DNA of 52,298 nt, from positions 1 through 52,298 of the IMG/VR virus record IMGVR_UViG_2721755498_000006; one strand, given 5' to 3'. The notes beneath the pieces are model-generated. The model was not told where the DNA came from. It saw only the letters and a program-made list of their open reading frames with translations, and did not search any database. This document shows, in pieces, positions 19,163 to 32,041 of the stretch. The stretch is from a virus. Lineage: Duplodnaviria > Heunggongvirae > Uroviricota > Caudoviricetes. Both the position numbers and the translations under genes were made by a program. Numbering within the stretch: position 1 is the stretch's first letter; every line of letters starts with the position of its first letter.

Positions 19163-20457
19163 TAATCACCCCATAGTGAAGAAAAGTTACTGCCAGTAGT
19201 AGATTGTTGCCCTGGCATATTCTGTACTGGCTCCTGATAATCAAACTGTTTTTTAACAGTGCTCAATTTGCTTTCAAGCTGATTTCTAATCTTTCCGATA
19301 GAGTCACGAAAAGCCTTTTCACTCATTTTGGGGCTTAGGGCACCAACCGCATCGGATAATTTTTTACCCTCAGCATCTGAAAGAGCGCCCATACCCTTCA
19401 GGGACTGCACCATAGGAAGGAATGTTTGAGCTTTAAAGGTGTCGAGCCTTGCTTCAAAGTTAGCCGCATCAGAGCCAGGAACTGTCGGAAACGCTGAGCG
19501 AATTCCTACTGCTTTTGAAAGGCCTGGGCTTTGCTCTATCTCGTTGAGAGAATCAAGCGCGGTGCTGAACGTATCAACTGCACCCTGAGCGGCGGCCTGC
19601 CTGTCAGCGCGGGCTATGTCAGCCTTTTGCCGAACATCTGCCTGTTTCTGTTTTAGCTCTTCAAGCTTTAACTGATTGCTTTCTCTGGCTATCTGTCTGT
19701 CCAGAGCCTTTTCTTGTAATTCTGCTCTTTGTATTTCTCGGGAAAGAGCAGCATTCTGTGCGCTGATGTTCTGTCCACGTATCTGGATGTCCTGACCTCG
19801 AGCTGTTAGTGCTTCTCCAGCCTGATTGCTGCGGATTGTCTCTGCAAGTTTGCCTCGGTCAATTTCACGACCAGCCATCTTGTCCTGAACATTGAAGTAA
19901 TCAATCGGACCAAGAGCAGCCATTCCGAGGTGATCAACAAACTCGCCAAATCCTGAAGGATTCTGCTGATACATCTGAGCAACGTTGTTAGGGTCAACGC
20001 CGACGCGCGCCAGTTCCTTGGCGTTGTTTTGCAGCCATGATTGCATTGCTTCTGGAGACGATGACGCAAGGCGTGCGCCAGCCGCTAAGGTGCCGATAGA
20101 ATTACGCTGGTCTTCATCAATGAATCCCATGCCTTTACGAACGGATTCAATCTGGTCTGGATATTGAGTAGCCAAATGACGCAAAGCACCGCGATCACCA
20201 GAAGCATAAGCATTAGCGTATGCCTGCTGAAATTCTTTCTGCCGCTGAGCCTGCTTTTCCTGCTGAAGCACCCCTGCAATACCTGAAAGGCCTTGCAAAG
20301 CAGTCAGCCCAACATTGTTAGCGCCTGAACGCTCAATATCATTGTTCTGCCTGATAAGCTGAAGCGTATTGCCGATGTCATTTACGCTCGGAGCGTTTGA
20401 GTTGACGCCGCCGATACCAGCCAACAATCCGCCGTTTGTTCCTTGCCAAGTAGCCAT
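19162..20457 (-). CDS. ejection protein gp20-like
   Basis: 431 aa; synteny. Confidence 0.8.
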   Translation of the reverse strand: MATWQGTNGGLLAGIGGVNSNAPSVNDIGNTLQLIRQNNDIERSGANNVGLTALQGLSGIAGVLQQEKQAQRQKEFQQAYANAYASGDRGALRHLATQYPDQIESVRKGMGFIDEDQRNSIGTLAAGARLASSSPEAMQSWLQNNAKELARVGVDPNNVAQMYQQNPSGFGEFVDHLGMAALGPIDYFNVQDKMAGREIDRGKLAETIRSNQAGEALTARGQDIQIRGQNISAQNAALSREIQRAELQEKALDRQIARESNQLKLEELKQKQADVRQKADIARADRQAAAQGAVDTFSTALDSLNEIEQSPGLSKAVGIRSAFPTVPGSDAANFEARLDTFKAQTFLPMVQSLKGMGALSDAEGKKLSDAVGALSPKMSEKAFRDSIGKIRNQLESKLSTVKKQFDYQEPVQNMPGQQSTTGSNFSSLWGD

Positions 20458-20466
20458 GATTACCCC

Positions 20467-21159
20467 TTAAAACAACGAGCCAAGCAATCCGATACCAGCA
20501 CCAATGCCAGCGCCCCAAGGCGTTGATGTTCCCAAAAGGCTGGCAAGACCTGCACCGGCAATCGCACCAGACGTGCCACCGCTAATTGCAGTCTGAAGAC
20601 TTGATGGTTTATTGGCATTAGCAGCGGCAAGTGCTGCACTTTGCTGTGCAATGCTGCTCATGTTGTTGGCGTACGTCTGCCCGGCGTTTGCCTGACCTTG
20701 CAGCGCACCAAGCCCAACGTTTGCCAGATTGTTGTAATTGCTCATCTGGTTTGATAACCACGACTGACCGAGAGTCGGAGCAATCGTAGCCAGTTGATTG
20801 CTTGTGGCTGTCGAACCAAGTCCTCCCGTAGCCTCCGCAGCAGCAAGACTCTGGTAACGAGCCTGACCTGCAAGGTCTTTATACTGCTGAGAGTTGTAAT
20901 ACTGATTAAGTGCCTGACCCTGTCCTTCTAAACTGGAAAGGTTCTGAAGCTGGTTAACATACTGCTCCGCAAGCGGCGTGAACGGAGCAAGGTTTTTCAT
21001 GATCGTCTGCCACTGCTGATTTTGCAGGTCTGCGGCATACTTCTGAGCTTCTGCTGCATACTTTGCGCTTTTATCAGAGCTACCACCTTTCCCGCCTTTT
21101 TCATGGCACCAAGGTTCCTCGCCGCGCAGTTTTCTGCCCAGCTTAAATGCATATAACAT
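20467..21159 (-). CDS. ejection protein gp7-like
   Basis: MLYAF.LGRKLRGEEP...KGGKGGSS N-terminus as P22 gp7. Confidence 0.8.
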   Translation of the reverse strand: MLYAFKLGRKLRGEEPWCHEKGGKGGSSDKSAKYAAEAQKYAADLQNQQWQTIMKNLAPFTPLAEQYVNQLQNLSSLEGQGQALNQYYNSQQYKDLAGQARYQSLAAAEATGGLGSTATSNQLATIAPTLGQSWLSNQMSNYNNLANVGLGALQGQANAGQTYANNMSSIAQQSAALAAANANKPSSLQTAISGGTSGAIAGAGLASLLGTSTPWGAGIGAGIGLLGSLF

Positions 21160-21161
21160 GG

Positions 21162-21617
21162 CTATCTCCTGTGATTCAGGAAGTCGATTAGTTCTTCGCG
21201 TGTGGCGCTGTAAAATGTCACGTCATCCACGCCTTTGAAGTATTTCTTGATGGTTCCGACACGCTTAAGGCCAATCATTGCGCAGTACATCTGACCGTGG
21301 CGGAATTTGCGTGCGGCGAACGATGTGACGCACTGAACGGTGGTGTTAGTCAGAATGTATCGCCAGAACGCCAGCCCGATTTCCTTGCTGAATCCACGAA
21401 CCTCTGGCAGGTACATGGCGTGGCAATCAAAGGTCAAAGGCTGAATCTCCTGATAGTAAACAATTCCGCCGAACTGCCCGTGCACGTTCACCTCAAAGTA
21501 ACGGCAATCAGGTTTGTAGTCGTATCCATCACCGTTGTTGCTCCCGGCGATAATGTCAGGGTGATTTCCGACTGCTTCGATCAGGTCAATGTTTCGCGTT
21601 GGTTTGAATGTAATCAT
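21162..21617 (-). CDS. gp14-position protein (head/tail hub accessory), assigned by synteny only
   Basis: 151-aa ORF between gp26 and gp7. Confidence 0.5.
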   Translation of the reverse strand: MITFKPTRNIDLIEAVGNHPDIIAGSNNGDGYDYKPDCRYFEVNVHGQFGGIVYYQEIQPLTFDCHAMYLPEVRGFSKEIGLAFWRYILTNTTVQCVTSFAARKFRHGQMYCAMIGLKRVGTIKKYFKGVDDVTFYSATREELIDFLNHRR

Positions 21618-22318
21618 CAGTCAATCAGCCCATGTAATCTAAGTGCCGTTTCAAGCGCCAGAATACGCTGCCGCGCCTGCTGCAAACCTGTAGCGAGAGC
21701 TGCGACTTCGGATTGTGTGTACGTAGTGCCGACAGTGTATGACTGGTTAGCGTTGAATGAGCCGCGAAGAGCCGTACCTGTAGCCGCTGTCCACCCTGTC
21801 TGACGAGCACCAATAACCTTGGTGCCGCCGACCGAATAGGATGTTGTTACATTGAGGGGGGATGCCAGCGATTGTGTTGCAGTGGCTGTTTTCGATACAT
21901 AGTCGTCCTGTAATGCAGAAATGTTGCTCTCAGCAGTCGTAACCCGGCCATCAAGAGCGCTGACGTCAGCCTGTAAAGTGACTATTTCTCCTTCAGCCGT
22001 GGTTAGTCTGACATCCAGCGCTGCAATTGCCGCAGTATTCGCAGCAATACGGATTTCATGGTCGTCTACGTCGATGCGGAGCTGACGAATTCTTTCTTCG
22101 TGATCGACCAGAATCACATCCTGCTCATCGTTCCTGACCTGTGCATCATAAGCGCCCTGTCCGGCCTCGTTGGCCTTATTCGCCACGTTACCAACATCAG
22201 TACCCTGTGCGATAACGTAAAGCAAATACGACTGCGAGAAGATATTGCGTGGAAGGATTGATGTATCGAGCCGCGTCGCCTGCACAATAACAGGGGTGTT
22301 GAGATTCGAATCAGCCAT
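21617..22318 (-). CDS. tail needle protein gp26-like
   Basis: 233 aa; coiled-coil heptads; synteny. Confidence 0.85.
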   Translation of the reverse strand: MADSNLNTPVIVQATRLDTSILPRNIFSQSYLLYVIAQGTDVGNVANKANEAGQGAYDAQVRNDEQDVILVDHEERIRQLRIDVDDHEIRIAANTAAIAALDVRLTTAEGEIVTLQADVSALDGRVTTAESNISALQDDYVSKTATATQSLASPLNVTTSYSVGGTKVIGARQTGWTAATGTALRGSFNANQSYTVGTTYTQSEVAALATGLQQARQRILALETALRLHGLID

Positions 22319-23736
22319 TACTCAATCCTTATCTGGCAGCCTGACAGAGTGACAGGTGACTTCGTGATAACGCGCAATTTGAAGCCAACATTTTTCCTGA
22401 TGCGCCCTACTCGCTTCCACAAAACACGTTTGTCGTAAACGAACGGTTCATTCTGCTCAATCATCTGCTCACGACCGTAATTGATGCCGTCAGTGGTTGC
22501 AGAGAGGAACAGGCGGTCGGCGTACTGCGCAACGCCAGTTGACGATTCAACCTCAAGGTCGAACACTCTGGCGTTATCCGCTTTGAACAACGGAGTAAAC
22601 AGCAGGTGTTCCTGCTGCTTGTCGTACTGGCTGCTGATATCGAACTGCAATTTCCCGGTCACGGACTCCAGCTTATCGCCGCACGTTATCTGATTGCCTT
22701 CGTAAATGAAGTCGATAGCGCGGTACACATCGTCATACAGTCCTGTTTTCAGTACGCACCATTGCGGACCATTAGCGCTTGAAGATGCGTCGTACACGAG
22801 AACATGGCGCGGAAGGTGGATAATCAGCAACTCATGAGCATCAAATCGCAGCGATTCCATCACACCATCAGCCAGTTCATCAGCAGTGTAGGAGCGTAGT
22901 ATTTTCTCAATGCTCGCGCTGGCGATTGGTGACACCTGACCGGAGCCGATGATATATACAGACGGTGCACCTGTTGCCGGATTGCTGATGAAAGCATAGG
23001 AATCAGCAAACGGCGTTTTGCAGTAAGTCCCGGCGATGCCTTTTTGCACCATCAGTGATGGCTGCGCGACATACAAAGCAGCACCAACGGTGGTTGCGCC
23101 AGTAAGGGAGAAATATTCAATAGTCGATGAACCAAAGCAGACGATGAAGTCTCGCCATGTTCCGATTCCGATGATGCCGTCAGGTTGCGATTCTGCACGA
23201 TATTGTGCGCTGTATCGGTCAGGATGTGATTCGTCTTCAAGGTCAGTGATGAACCATGAATCAGTACCGTCTTTTGACCACGCATAACGCCCACGTAAGC
23301 GCGTAATATCACGAACCGAACCTAACTCATACTGCGTAAACCCGCTGTCTGCAGGCCAGTTTGAGACGGTTTTAACCGTGCCATCATAGCGGTATTCGAC
23401 CAGTTGCCCGTTAACGCCTACCGCCTGTGATGTTCGACCATGCGCCATTGATACGCGACCACTTCCGGCAACATCACCGACTTCACTTTCTCCTTTGTAC
23501 AGCTTGCCACCACACACGCGATAAACAGCACCCTGCGCCATGTTGTACTCGACGCCGCGAGATACACCGTTCACATCAGAACGTTTGGCAATGCCCGGGA
23601 ATGAGCGAAGATATCCGCTGCTGTTGAGTATTTCTTTGGGTGTAGCCAGCATATTCACTGGCAGATAGTCGATATAGTCGGCGTTTCGAAAGTCTTTGCC
23701 GACACCTTTCATAAGCGGAAGTTGCTGAATCGGCAT
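22318..23736 (-). CDS. gp10-like head completion / tail hub protein
   Basis: 472 aa; synteny. Confidence 0.85.
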   Translation of the reverse strand: MPIQQLPLMKGVGKDFRNADYIDYLPVNMLATPKEILNSSGYLRSFPGIAKRSDVNGVSRGVEYNMAQGAVYRVCGGKLYKGESEVGDVAGSGRVSMAHGRTSQAVGVNGQLVEYRYDGTVKTVSNWPADSGFTQYELGSVRDITRLRGRYAWSKDGTDSWFITDLEDESHPDRYSAQYRAESQPDGIIGIGTWRDFIVCFGSSTIEYFSLTGATTVGAALYVAQPSLMVQKGIAGTYCKTPFADSYAFISNPATGAPSVYIIGSGQVSPIASASIEKILRSYTADELADGVMESLRFDAHELLIIHLPRHVLVYDASSSANGPQWCVLKTGLYDDVYRAIDFIYEGNQITCGDKLESVTGKLQFDISSQYDKQQEHLLFTPLFKADNARVFDLEVESSTGVAQYADRLFLSATTDGINYGREQMIEQNEPFVYDKRVLWKRVGRIRKNVGFKLRVITKSPVTLSGCQIRIE

Positions 23737-24214
23737 TTATTCGCTCCCGTTATCGCAAGGTTCCTTTCGGTGGAAGTAATTCCAACCGTTCCACTTCGCC
23801 AACTGGTTACCGCTACCAACAGGCATACGGTTTGGATAACCGGACTTACATTTAGCGGCTTTTGCTCTGTCCATTGCAGACAGTTTGACGAGTCGCTCTT
23901 TCCCGTATCTGGCAGTGGTTATAAGTTTTGCAGACGCTTCCAGCGCATAATCTGGAGCAATGCGGCAGGCAAGGTTGAAAATGACGGCATTTATAGCGTT
24001 ATTTGATAATCCGTGCTCATCTCCCGGATCTGGAGCGACATCTGCATCAGCAAAAATGTAGCCAACGTTGATACCAGGTGACACATCACCGCCAAGCCAT
24101 TCAGCCATCATCATTTCAAGGTCGTTGACGCCATCTTCCATGGACTGCGGTTCGACATCGGTTAACGTGGCATTTGATGCCACACCGAGCTTACGTAATG
24201 CCGCAAGAACTAAA

Positions 24215-24237
<23 letters not shown>
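23737..24237 (-). CDS. gp4-like head completion protein
   Basis: [33 protein letters not shown]... like P22 gp4; ORF-track N-terminal extension through the repeat rejected. Confidence 0.85.
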
Positions 24238-24475
<238 letters not shown>

Positions 24476-24488
24476 GCTTGTCTCCAGA

Positions 24489-24512
24489 TAAAAAAGGGAG
24501 CCGAAGCTCCCT
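24489..24512 (-). terminator. intrinsic terminator after coat gene (GGGAGC-UUCG-GCUCCC + U6)
   Basis: perfect 6-bp stem with UUCG tetraloop and T-run on minus strand just 3' of coat stop. Confidence 0.7.
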
Positions 24513-24519
24513 CTGGTTA

Positions 24520-25815
24520 TCACGCGGTCTGGTTAGGCAGACCAACACCAATTGCCTCTGGTCGTACAGCACATGCTGAATACCACACAGCAATACGGCA
24601 CTTGCCAGACAGAGTGTTGATATCCCCCTGCGTTGCGAAGATGCCGTTAACACCAATACCTGGAATGCTGAAGGAAGAAGTTTTCATGCCAGCAAACAGT
24701 TCATGGGTTACCGGAATCGGCTGAGACAGCAGGCGGATTGAGTCATCAGCCCAGAACACGTTAGCGGTGGTTGTTGCCACGTTCAGAACGTTTACCGGAG
24801 TGGTATCAGCAAGAGAGGTGTTTACGTTAGCGTAAGCCTTCTCTTCTTTTGTCAGTGACGCGTCATCCAGCGCAATCGGCTTCGGCGTGATTTCGATGTG
24901 AGTACCATCGATCACACGGGTGATTGAGAAAGTCGCATCATCAGTCAGCACGTTCTTCGCCATCTGAGACAGGAATTTCACACCAGTGAAGCTGATTTTG
25001 TCGCCGCGCTTAAATCCGGCGGTGGAGGATACGGTCACCTTTGCAACACGGTTATCGACGTTCTCTTTGTTACCATCGGTATCAATGGTGTATGCCTGCG
25101 GCTTAAACTTCTGCGCACCAGAAACAGTTACACCAGTAGCGGTTGACTTAGTAACTGCCGGAAGTTTCGGTGAGCGAAGAATTTCATCAAAGCCAGCAAT
25201 CTGACGCTGAATAGTACCGTTGCGATACGCGTCTTCAGGAACGCGCCCAAAGATGTCACCATCTACCAGGTTGCGGCCTGCTTTGCGGTAATCGTCAGGG
25301 TTCAGGAAGTAACTGATGCCCATATCGCGGTTTAGCTCACGGGAGAACATCAGGCGCTCTGCATCAGACACAAAATCCCAGCCAGACAGGCCAGTAGATG
25401 GACCAATTGCGCGGGTATCGTGAACAACAAGTGAGCCCATTTCAGTTGCCTGTTTGGCAATTGCTGACTCAATGTTATTCGCCAGTTTTTTGGCGGATGC
25501 CTGGATGCGGCGACGGTAAGAACGCTCATCACGCAGATCATCTGCACGAAGCTCGAAGAAATCGTTATCCGGATCGCCCATGTTGCATTTCACGGAGAGT
25601 TCCAGAATCCCGGTTGCGTTGCCAGTTAAATCCCAGCCAGTCTGGGTTGGAGCTTCCTGCTCAACAGGCATCCACACGGTGTTGCTTGAACGCTGCATGG
25701 ATTCTGCCGGAGGGGTGTATTTTGTCACTTTGGACGCCATTGGCGTCAGGTTCTGGACGGTTTCGATGATTTCATCCAGAGCATATGTGACCAGTTGACC
25801 TTCATTTAATGCCAT
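24520..25815 (-). CDS. major coat protein gp5 (P22-like)
   Basis: 431 aa; long collinear match to P22 coat as recalled. Confidence 0.95.
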   Translation of the reverse strand: MALNEGQLVTYALDEIIETVQNLTPMASKVTKYTPPAESMQRSSNTVWMPVEQEAPTQTGWDLTGNATGILELSVKCNMGDPDNDFFELRADDLRDERSYRRRIQASAKKLANNIESAIAKQATEMGSLVVHDTRAIGPSTGLSGWDFVSDAERLMFSRELNRDMGISYFLNPDDYRKAGRNLVDGDIFGRVPEDAYRNGTIQRQIAGFDEILRSPKLPAVTKSTATGVTVSGAQKFKPQAYTIDTDGNKENVDNRVAKVTVSSTAGFKRGDKISFTGVKFLSQMAKNVLTDDATFSITRVIDGTHIEITPKPIALDDASLTKEEKAYANVNTSLADTTPVNVLNVATTTANVFWADDSIRLLSQPIPVTHELFAGMKTSSFSIPGIGVNGIFATQGDINTLSGKCRIAVWYSACAVRPEAIGVGLPNQTA

Positions 25816-26726
25816 TATCGAATTCCTTTATTCAGTTGCGCCTTAAGCTTGCGGTACGTCTCTACATCCCCTTTGTTTGCTGCCACCTCAATCTGCTTTT
25901 CAATCGCAGAGATATTTGCAGCAACAGCATGTCCCTGAATGGGTTCATCAGGTAACGGGGCTTCTGAAACAGGCTTGGCTCGAGGCTTGAGAGTTAAACG
26001 TTCTGACAGTCGAGTGAGTTCAATCAGCGCGGATTGCCCGTCCATCGCCAGCAACTGGCGTGTTTTCTCAGGATTAGCACCAAGGTGATACATGAGAGCG
26101 GCGGATTTCTCCGGGAAGAGGCGCATGATGTCGGCACCGACTGCTGGCGGCACCAGTTGCATGAATGCATCCTCTTTCTCCTGATAGTCAGGGATATTGA
26201 GCTTTTCCGCTGCGTCGTAGTGCTTACGGGCTGCCTCGACGTATTGCGCTGATTGCTGGGTGAACTCCTGAGTTTTGCGACCCTGCTCGGCGACAGCCTG
26301 GCTTCGTGCGTCCATAGCCTTGATCTGCCATTCACTGTTTGCCTGCTGGAAGGCAGCCAGTGCGCGGCTCTGGTCATAGTCGTACTTAGCCAGCGCATCT
26401 TCGGAAAGATAATCGTTAGGGTCTGGTTGTTTTGGTAACTCAGGGTTCACCCGCAGGTGCTCCGGCAACTCTCCACGCTTAACCGCTTCCATCTGCTGCT
26501 CAAGCTCACGCTGGCGTTTGCGTTCGATGCGGCGACGGGCAAATTCAGCATTAGTTGCCGGGTCTTGTTTTGGTTTCTCATCGTCTTTCAGGACAATCTC
26601 GAAGCCTTCTTCCTGACCTGCGATGTCGTTGGCATTATCGACAACTAAGCCATCAGCAGATGCCGCTGCATGATTGCCGGGCAGGGTTAATTCTTCAGAA
26701 GCCTGAATGTCGGTGGTTTGGTCCAT
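25815..26726 (-). CDS. scaffolding protein gp8 (P22-like)
   Basis: 303 aa; collinear with P22 scaffold as recalled. Confidence 0.95.
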   Translation of the reverse strand: MDQTTDIQASEELTLPGNHAAASADGLVVDNANDIAGQEEGFEIVLKDDEKPKQDPATNAEFARRRIERKRQRELEQQMEAVKRGELPEHLRVNPELPKQPDPNDYLSEDALAKYDYDQSRALAAFQQANSEWQIKAMDARSQAVAEQGRKTQEFTQQSAQYVEAARKHYDAAEKLNIPDYQEKEDAFMQLVPPAVGADIMRLFPEKSAALMYHLGANPEKTRQLLAMDGQSALIELTRLSERLTLKPRAKPVSEAPLPDEPIQGHAVAANISAIEKQIEVAANKGDVETYRKLKAQLNKGIR

Positions 26727-26739
26727 GATTAACTCTCTC

Positions 26740-28908
26740 TTATTGAGGTGTCTCGGCTACTCCGCCGGAGGGGATTTGAACTTGACGCATAAGATTCGCG
26801 AAATCCATGCGTTGTGAATGAGTCTGGTCTGCATCTTTAAGAAGCAGCTCAGCGTTAGCACGAGCATCTTTGCTGCGCTGTTGCTGGAATTGACCTACGA
26901 GCTTGAGGTACTCACGCAGTTCTGCCTGCTTGTCGAGGTCCATATTGTTGAATATTTCTGCAATCTTCGCGGCGTTGAGTTGGTTTTGGGCTTCAACCTT
27001 GGCAGCTTCAACCTGAATCTGCGCCTGTTGGTTCTCTGCCTTGAGCAATTCAGCCTGACCTTGCAGAAGGATACCCTGCGCCTGAATTTGCTCTGCTGAT
27101 GGCTGCTGCGGCTGTTGTTGTGCCTGCTGTACCATCTCCATCTCTTCAGGTGTTTCTGGTTTCTTCAGCCCCATCATCACCAGTTGCTTGTTCGCGTACT
27201 CTCGCATCATCTCAACGCCTTTACCGTCAAGCAGCGTGAAGTATTGCAGCATCAGCATCTGGAACTCTGGAGTACCTTGCGGAACCTTGGTGAGTAACTC
27301 CTGAATCTCTGCGCGGTTCTGTTCCTTCATGCTCTGGAAGGATGGTCCGACGTCTGTATAGCACTCATAGCGACCGCGAATGTCGTTGAGTGTGACCACA
27401 TTGCCGGACTGGTAATCGACAACTTGCGCGTAGAGTTGAACGTCTTTCTCGCTTCCATCTTCAAGTGTCAGCGTTACATGACGAGGAACGTCATAAATAT
27501 CGTTGACCATTGAGGCATAAATCTCGCCATCACGTCGCATTGCGGTAGCCAGGTTATCCTGAAACACGTATGTCTCAAGGTCTGCCCGCATGTTCAGTTG
27601 ATTGACGGTATCGAAAGCGACCTGACCATTTGCCGCCTGCGCATCCACGCCAAGACTAGCCACCTCTTTCACTGCGTTGGTGGCAGCCTCAAGCATGTAA
27701 GCGTTGGCTTGCGGCACTTCAGGGTTTTCCATGTAGGAGATTGGACCAATCGGCAGGTCGTTACCGTTTTCATCGGTCTTGTTCTGCAGATAGTACGGAT
27801 AGTCATCATTTCCACCGTACATGTATTCGTAGCCTTCGATTTGCTCAGGGAAGAAGGTCGGTTTCTTCTTCGGTGAACGAGCAACAATATCGGCGTTGAA
27901 TGACATGATCATGTTACGAAGGCGTTGACCGTCTTTCGTCAGCCTTACCACTCCTTCGTAGCACTCCTTGTCACCAGCGAATGACCATTCGCCGTACACA
28001 GGAACTATTGGGATATGCTCTCCGGCTATCTTCTCGCGGTCTTTCAGTATCTGCGTGCAGGTGATGATCGACTTATACACACGCCGACGCTTCACCTTGC
28101 GCTCTGCCACCTTAATGAATCCACGATTAGCCAGGTCGTCGATGACGTCTTTGATATCCTGTTGGTAATAGCTGACCGGCTCACCTGTCAGCGGGTCGCG
28201 GTAGATGAAGACTTTCTCCTTCTTCTCTTCGACCTCGTAATACTCAGCGACGTAGACGACATCATTCGATACCCACGGAAACAGCCATGTATCGTTCGGA
28301 TTCTGGAAAGATGGCAGGGTGTCAGGATCAATACCGTAATCCTCTGCGAACTCTTTCCAGCCATTGCGCGACAAGGCGTTAATCACCGTGCAGTGCTTAG
28401 CGTCGCTCTTATCCATCTGCTTGCTGTTGGCGTCCCATATGACGTGTGAGCAGGCTTCATGAATTGGCAGGCGTCGAATTACCTGATTGTTGCTTGTTGG
28501 ATCGTTGTCTTCGTACTGCGTGACCAGACGCCATGCGCCAACGCCGGACTCTATCTGCTCACGAACGCCAACGTTAACGGCAATCTTTGCCGTGTTATGG
28601 CGCATATCAGTACGATACATACCCATCAATACATCGGCTGCATCAGGATTAGCACCGTCTTTTGGTCGGAAGAGAACGTCGATAGGGTTCCGGCGCATCT
28701 CTGCGACCAGCTTCCTGACCACCGGGCGGACAACATCGAATTGTCCGCGATATTGCAGGGTGGTGTAGTTTGATAGCCAGTCATCCCATTGCGACACTCG
28801 GCTAAAATACAGGTCATTTGTCGCCTCGGTTCTGGCCTCATCGCTTGCTGCCCAATCCCTGTCAAACCGAAGGAGAATGGTTCGCAATTTGTCGTCTTGG
28901 TCGGCCAT
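26740..28908 (-). CDS. portal protein gp1 (P22-like, with C-terminal barrel)
   Basis: 722 aa; ...[33 protein letters not shown]... matches P22 portal as recalled. Confidence 0.95.
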   Translation of the reverse strand: MADQDDKLRTILLRFDRDWAASDEARTEATNDLYFSRVSQWDDWLSNYTTLQYRGQFDVVRPVVRKLVAEMRRNPIDVLFRPKDGANPDAADVLMGMYRTDMRHNTAKIAVNVGVREQIESGVGAWRLVTQYEDNDPTSNNQVIRRLPIHEACSHVIWDANSKQMDKSDAKHCTVINALSRNGWKEFAEDYGIDPDTLPSFQNPNDTWLFPWVSNDVVYVAEYYEVEEKKEKVFIYRDPLTGEPVSYYQQDIKDVIDDLANRGFIKVAERKVKRRRVYKSIITCTQILKDREKIAGEHIPIVPVYGEWSFAGDKECYEGVVRLTKDGQRLRNMIMSFNADIVARSPKKKPTFFPEQIEGYEYMYGGNDDYPYYLQNKTDENGNDLPIGPISYMENPEVPQANAYMLEAATNAVKEVASLGVDAQAANGQVAFDTVNQLNMRADLETYVFQDNLATAMRRDGEIYASMVNDIYDVPRHVTLTLEDGSEKDVQLYAQVVDYQSGNVVTLNDIRGRYECYTDVGPSFQSMKEQNRAEIQELLTKVPQGTPEFQMLMLQYFTLLDGKGVEMMREYANKQLVMMGLKKPETPEEMEMVQQAQQQPQQPSAEQIQAQGILLQGQAELLKAENQQAQIQVEAAKVEAQNQLNAAKIAEIFNNMDLDKQAELREYLKLVGQFQQQRSKDARANAELLLKDADQTHSQRMDFANLMRQVQIPSGGVAETPQ

Positions 28909-30368
28909 TATCTACCTCTGGAAATTGGACGAATTGGAGCCGGTAATGGCTTAGTTGGTTTGTTTTTGACTACCGGGAATGCAAACGTCAGGGCTAACGC
29001 ATCAGCGCGGTTTGGTGAAGGAACCCCACGGCGCTTCATGTCATCTTTGGCCTCAAGGACGATGCGCCCATCGAGCTTAACCCTGTACTCAGGAGCAACG
29101 ATTTCGTCAGCTGTTTGCTGATCATCGATACTTCCCCCTTCTTTGAGCCATGACTTCATTGAGTTCCACATCTCACCGCGCTTGTTCAGCATGCCGGGGT
29201 CTTTGGATTCACCCCCAAAGTTAACCAGCTGCCACTTCCTTCCCCACGACCTACCTATTGAGTGAATTCCGGTGCCATACCCGAAGTCTATGAACACTGC
29301 ATCTGCCTTATGCTCATCCTCAAATCCTGCGACGATTTGCGCGAACTTAACGTCGTCATCTGTTTTCGGGTAGGTGCCAAGCAGGCGCGCATGAAGACCC
29401 TGGCGAAGGTAAATTGATGCCTCATCACTACCTGTGTAAGCAGGGTCAACGCCGATTATTTTGGATGCGAATGTGTAAGAGCCGGGTTCAAGCGTGCGAG
29501 ACATGGCCTCATCCACATATGCCTGAGGTATGAACTGGACTTCTGATGTCGATGGGAATAGACCGCGAACACGTACTTTAAAGAAGTCGCTGTCTTCACC
29601 GTAATCCTTGCGCCACTCTTCGATGAGCTCTTTGTTGGTCATCTTTGCCAGGCGGCTATCAATTTGACGTCGACGCCATCGGTGTTTGAACTTGCGGAAG
29701 CACTCTCGGAATCGACCGGTGTTACGCGTCGGGTTCCCAAATGCAAACCAGAAAGGCTCGCCGTCAGTAAGGCCGCCCTCTGCTACTTCCCAAATTTTGT
29801 CAGGAACCGCTGAGGCTTCATCGAAGATGTAGAACGGGCTTGAGTTAGCTGCATGCAGGCCAGCAAATGACTCGCTGTTCTCTTCCCGACACGTCTGGCC
29901 GTCACAGCGCCATGATTCCATGTGATCCACATGGTAGATGTTCATGTTGCCTTTGCCGTTGTTGTACTCAAACCAGTGACCAGTGATGCACCGCTTCTTC
30001 CACTTGCCCAGCTCGCCCCATGTTTTGGTGCGAAGCTGTTCAGAGGTATTGGCTGTCACGACGCCCTTGCAGAAAGGACGAGTGCTGAGGATGTACAGAA
30101 TAACCCAGGCAGTTAGAGCACTTTTACCGATACCGTGACCAGAGCTGGTAGCGCAACGATAGGCTTCAACAGGTTTAACACCGTCGAAGTTATTAGTCCT
30201 GATTGCGTCTCCCCAATCTGTCAGAAACTCTTTCTGCCATTCATCGGGTCCGTCAAAGCCCTCAAGCTCACCAGTTCCCCAATCAAACGCATACATAACG
30301 AAGCCAAGCGGATCGTAAAAGAATCGCCCCATATCATCGGCAAGCATTGCCTCGAATTCTGACGACAT
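28908..30368 (-). CDS. terminase large subunit
   Basis: 486 aa; Walker A-like SSGHGIGKS; position upstream of portal. Confidence 0.85.
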   Translation of the reverse strand: MSSEFEAMLADDMGRFFYDPLGFVMYAFDWGTGELEGFDGPDEWQKEFLTDWGDAIRTNNFDGVKPVEAYRCATSSGHGIGKSALTAWVILYILSTRPFCKGVVTANTSEQLRTKTWGELGKWKKRCITGHWFEYNNGKGNMNIYHVDHMESWRCDGQTCREENSESFAGLHAANSSPFYIFDEASAVPDKIWEVAEGGLTDGEPFWFAFGNPTRNTGRFRECFRKFKHRWRRRQIDSRLAKMTNKELIEEWRKDYGEDSDFFKVRVRGLFPSTSEVQFIPQAYVDEAMSRTLEPGSYTFASKIIGVDPAYTGSDEASIYLRQGLHARLLGTYPKTDDDVKFAQIVAGFEDEHKADAVFIDFGYGTGIHSIGRSWGRKWQLVNFGGESKDPGMLNKRGEMWNSMKSWLKEGGSIDDQQTADEIVAPEYRVKLDGRIVLEAKDDMKRRGVPSPNRADALALTFAFPVVKNKPTKPLPAPIRPISRGR

Positions 30369-30805
30369 TACTCACCTCTCGCGCGTTTTCTGGCCTCCTG
30401 AATGCGCTGAATCAGGTTAACCTCTCCGGTGTGTTCAACTTCTTGCTTATCGCGCCATTTATCCTTTTGTCGGTTCTTAAGCCAGAAGATGGCGGCGGTT
30501 GTATCAGGCGGGTAATACTTCTCAAGCGGAGTTTCGACAATTCTGTTTTCAATAACACGAATATCGATGTCTGGAGCCACGAAGCCCATAGCGCGTTGAT
30601 AAAGACGATCACTAACTTCTGCATCAGCGACGGCCTTACCCTTTTTTATGGACTCCGAAAACTTAGGATAATCAAGCTTCCACTTGTTAATAGTTGACTC
30701 ACTGACTTCGAAGAAATCAGCAAGCTCTGCATCGGTGTAGCCCAGCAAGCACAGTTTGCGTGCCTGTTCGGCGTACGCCTCTTGATACTTTGTTGGGCGC
30801 GCCAT
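30368..30805 (-). CDS. terminase small subunit
   Basis: 145 aa; position; HTH-like segment TDAELADFFEVSESTINKW. Confidence 0.7.
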   Translation of the reverse strand: MARPTKYQEAYAEQARKLCLLGYTDAELADFFEVSESTINKWKLDYPKFSESIKKGKAVADAEVSDRLYQRAMGFVAPDIDIRVIENRIVETPLEKYYPPDTTAAIFWLKNRQKDKWRDKQEVEHTGEVNLIQRIQEARKRARGE

Positions 30806-30807
30806 GT

Positions 30808-31050
30808 TTATGCTCCGGTAGTGAACAGGTCTAACGCTTCCTTCGATTTACGCACCGCTTCGAATGTGCGGATCGTGATATCTGAATTAGCGCCGCCTGA
30901 CTGGAAGTGAATTTTGAATAGCTCAAGCTTCAGCTCGTCAGTACCAATGAACTGAAATGCTTCCTCTGCAGCTGCGTTTTGGTTCATGACCAGTTTGTAA
31001 ATCTCTAACTGGAATTTCTGTTCTTCAGTCATGGGAATAATCTCTGCCAT
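30808..31050 (-). CDS. hypothetical protein
   Basis: 80-aa ORF immediately upstream of small terminase. Confidence 0.4.
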   Translation of the reverse strand: MAEIIPMTEEQKFQLEIYKLVMNQNAAAEEAFQFIGTDELKLELFKIHFQSGGANSDITIRTFEAVRKSKEALDLFTTGA

Positions 31051-31603
31051 TGTTGGCTCCGTTTATCCGTTAAATGGGATATCAGTTAAGTTATCCCGTG
31101 TAGGGTATAAGCCATTATCAAAGCCACTCTGTAGGGAATGGCTTTTGTGATGGCATCACTTACTCTTTACGCTGCTATCCCACTCATCCCGGAATTTTGA
31201 TGGGTTATTGAAACCTTCTGCTGACATAACAACTCCTTCAATGTTTGGCTGAAATTAGGATGTCTTTCCATCAGTCCGCCACCACAAAGAATCTTTTTTG
31301 CCATAAGGCAGGAGGTTCATCTTTCAGTGGCTGCCAGTGTTATTTCCCCACTTACTGGCTTGGGTTGTTTCGCTGTACTGCCGTAACTGGTTACCCAGAA
31401 TAAATTCCGGTTTCATTATCAAGCCCACCAGTAGATAGGCTTTGTAATGAACTGGCTCTTATCTCAACGCAGCCCCTTACCGCGCGCCAGATGCTCAATA
31501 TCAAGCATCAGCAATGAGATGTTTAATCTGGATTCACTCCAGAAGTGACCACCACCCTGTCTACAGAGCCAGATGTGAAGGATGATGAGTAAAATTATCG
31601 CTA

Positions 31604-32041
31604 TCATCGAAGGCATTGCGTCCTGATGTATTCCTGCAGGTAGTTAACCTGCGCGGTTATCCTGTCGATTCCACTTCGGAGACGGTAATAATTGAGTTCA
31701 GCATCTGCTGTAAGTCTTGGGCTTTCTCCATCGCCCATGCCGCTGGCTCCGGTCGTTGACTTTGCACAGGTGGCGGCGACCTGCAGGCGCTTACGCCCAG
31801 CAGAAACATCAGCGCGGAGACTTTCGATAGTCGCGTTAGCATCAGCAAGCTCCTTTGTGTATCTGGCATCGAGTTCAGCTACATCACGTTGACGCTTCTG
31901 CATATCAGCGATGATGGATGTGGCTTTATCGCGCTGCTCTTTGTAGGTCATGGCGTTATCACGGTAATGATTAACAGCCCATGACAGGCAGACGATGATG
32001 CAGATAACCAGAGCGGAGATAATCGCGGTTACTCTGCTCAT
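31604..32041 (-). CDS. Rz: i-spanin Rz
   Basis: N-terminal TM, lambda Rz-like; overlaps R end. Confidence 0.9.
   Translation of the reverse strand: MSRVTAIISALVICIIVCLSWAVNHYRDNAMTYKEQRDKATSIIADMQKRQRDVAELDARYTKELADANATIESLRADVSAGRKRLQVAATCAKSTTGASGMGDGESPRLTADAELNYYRLRSGIDRITAQVNYLQEYIRTQCLR
31657..31842 (-). CDS. Rz1: o-spanin Rz1 lipoprotein embedded in Rz (+1 frame)
   Basis: lipobox-like LGVSAC followed by Pro-rich [13 protein letters not shown]. Confidence 0.75.
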   Translation of the reverse strand: MLTRLSKVSALMFLLGVSACRSPPPVQSQRPEPAAWAMEKAQDLQQMLNSIITVSEVESTG

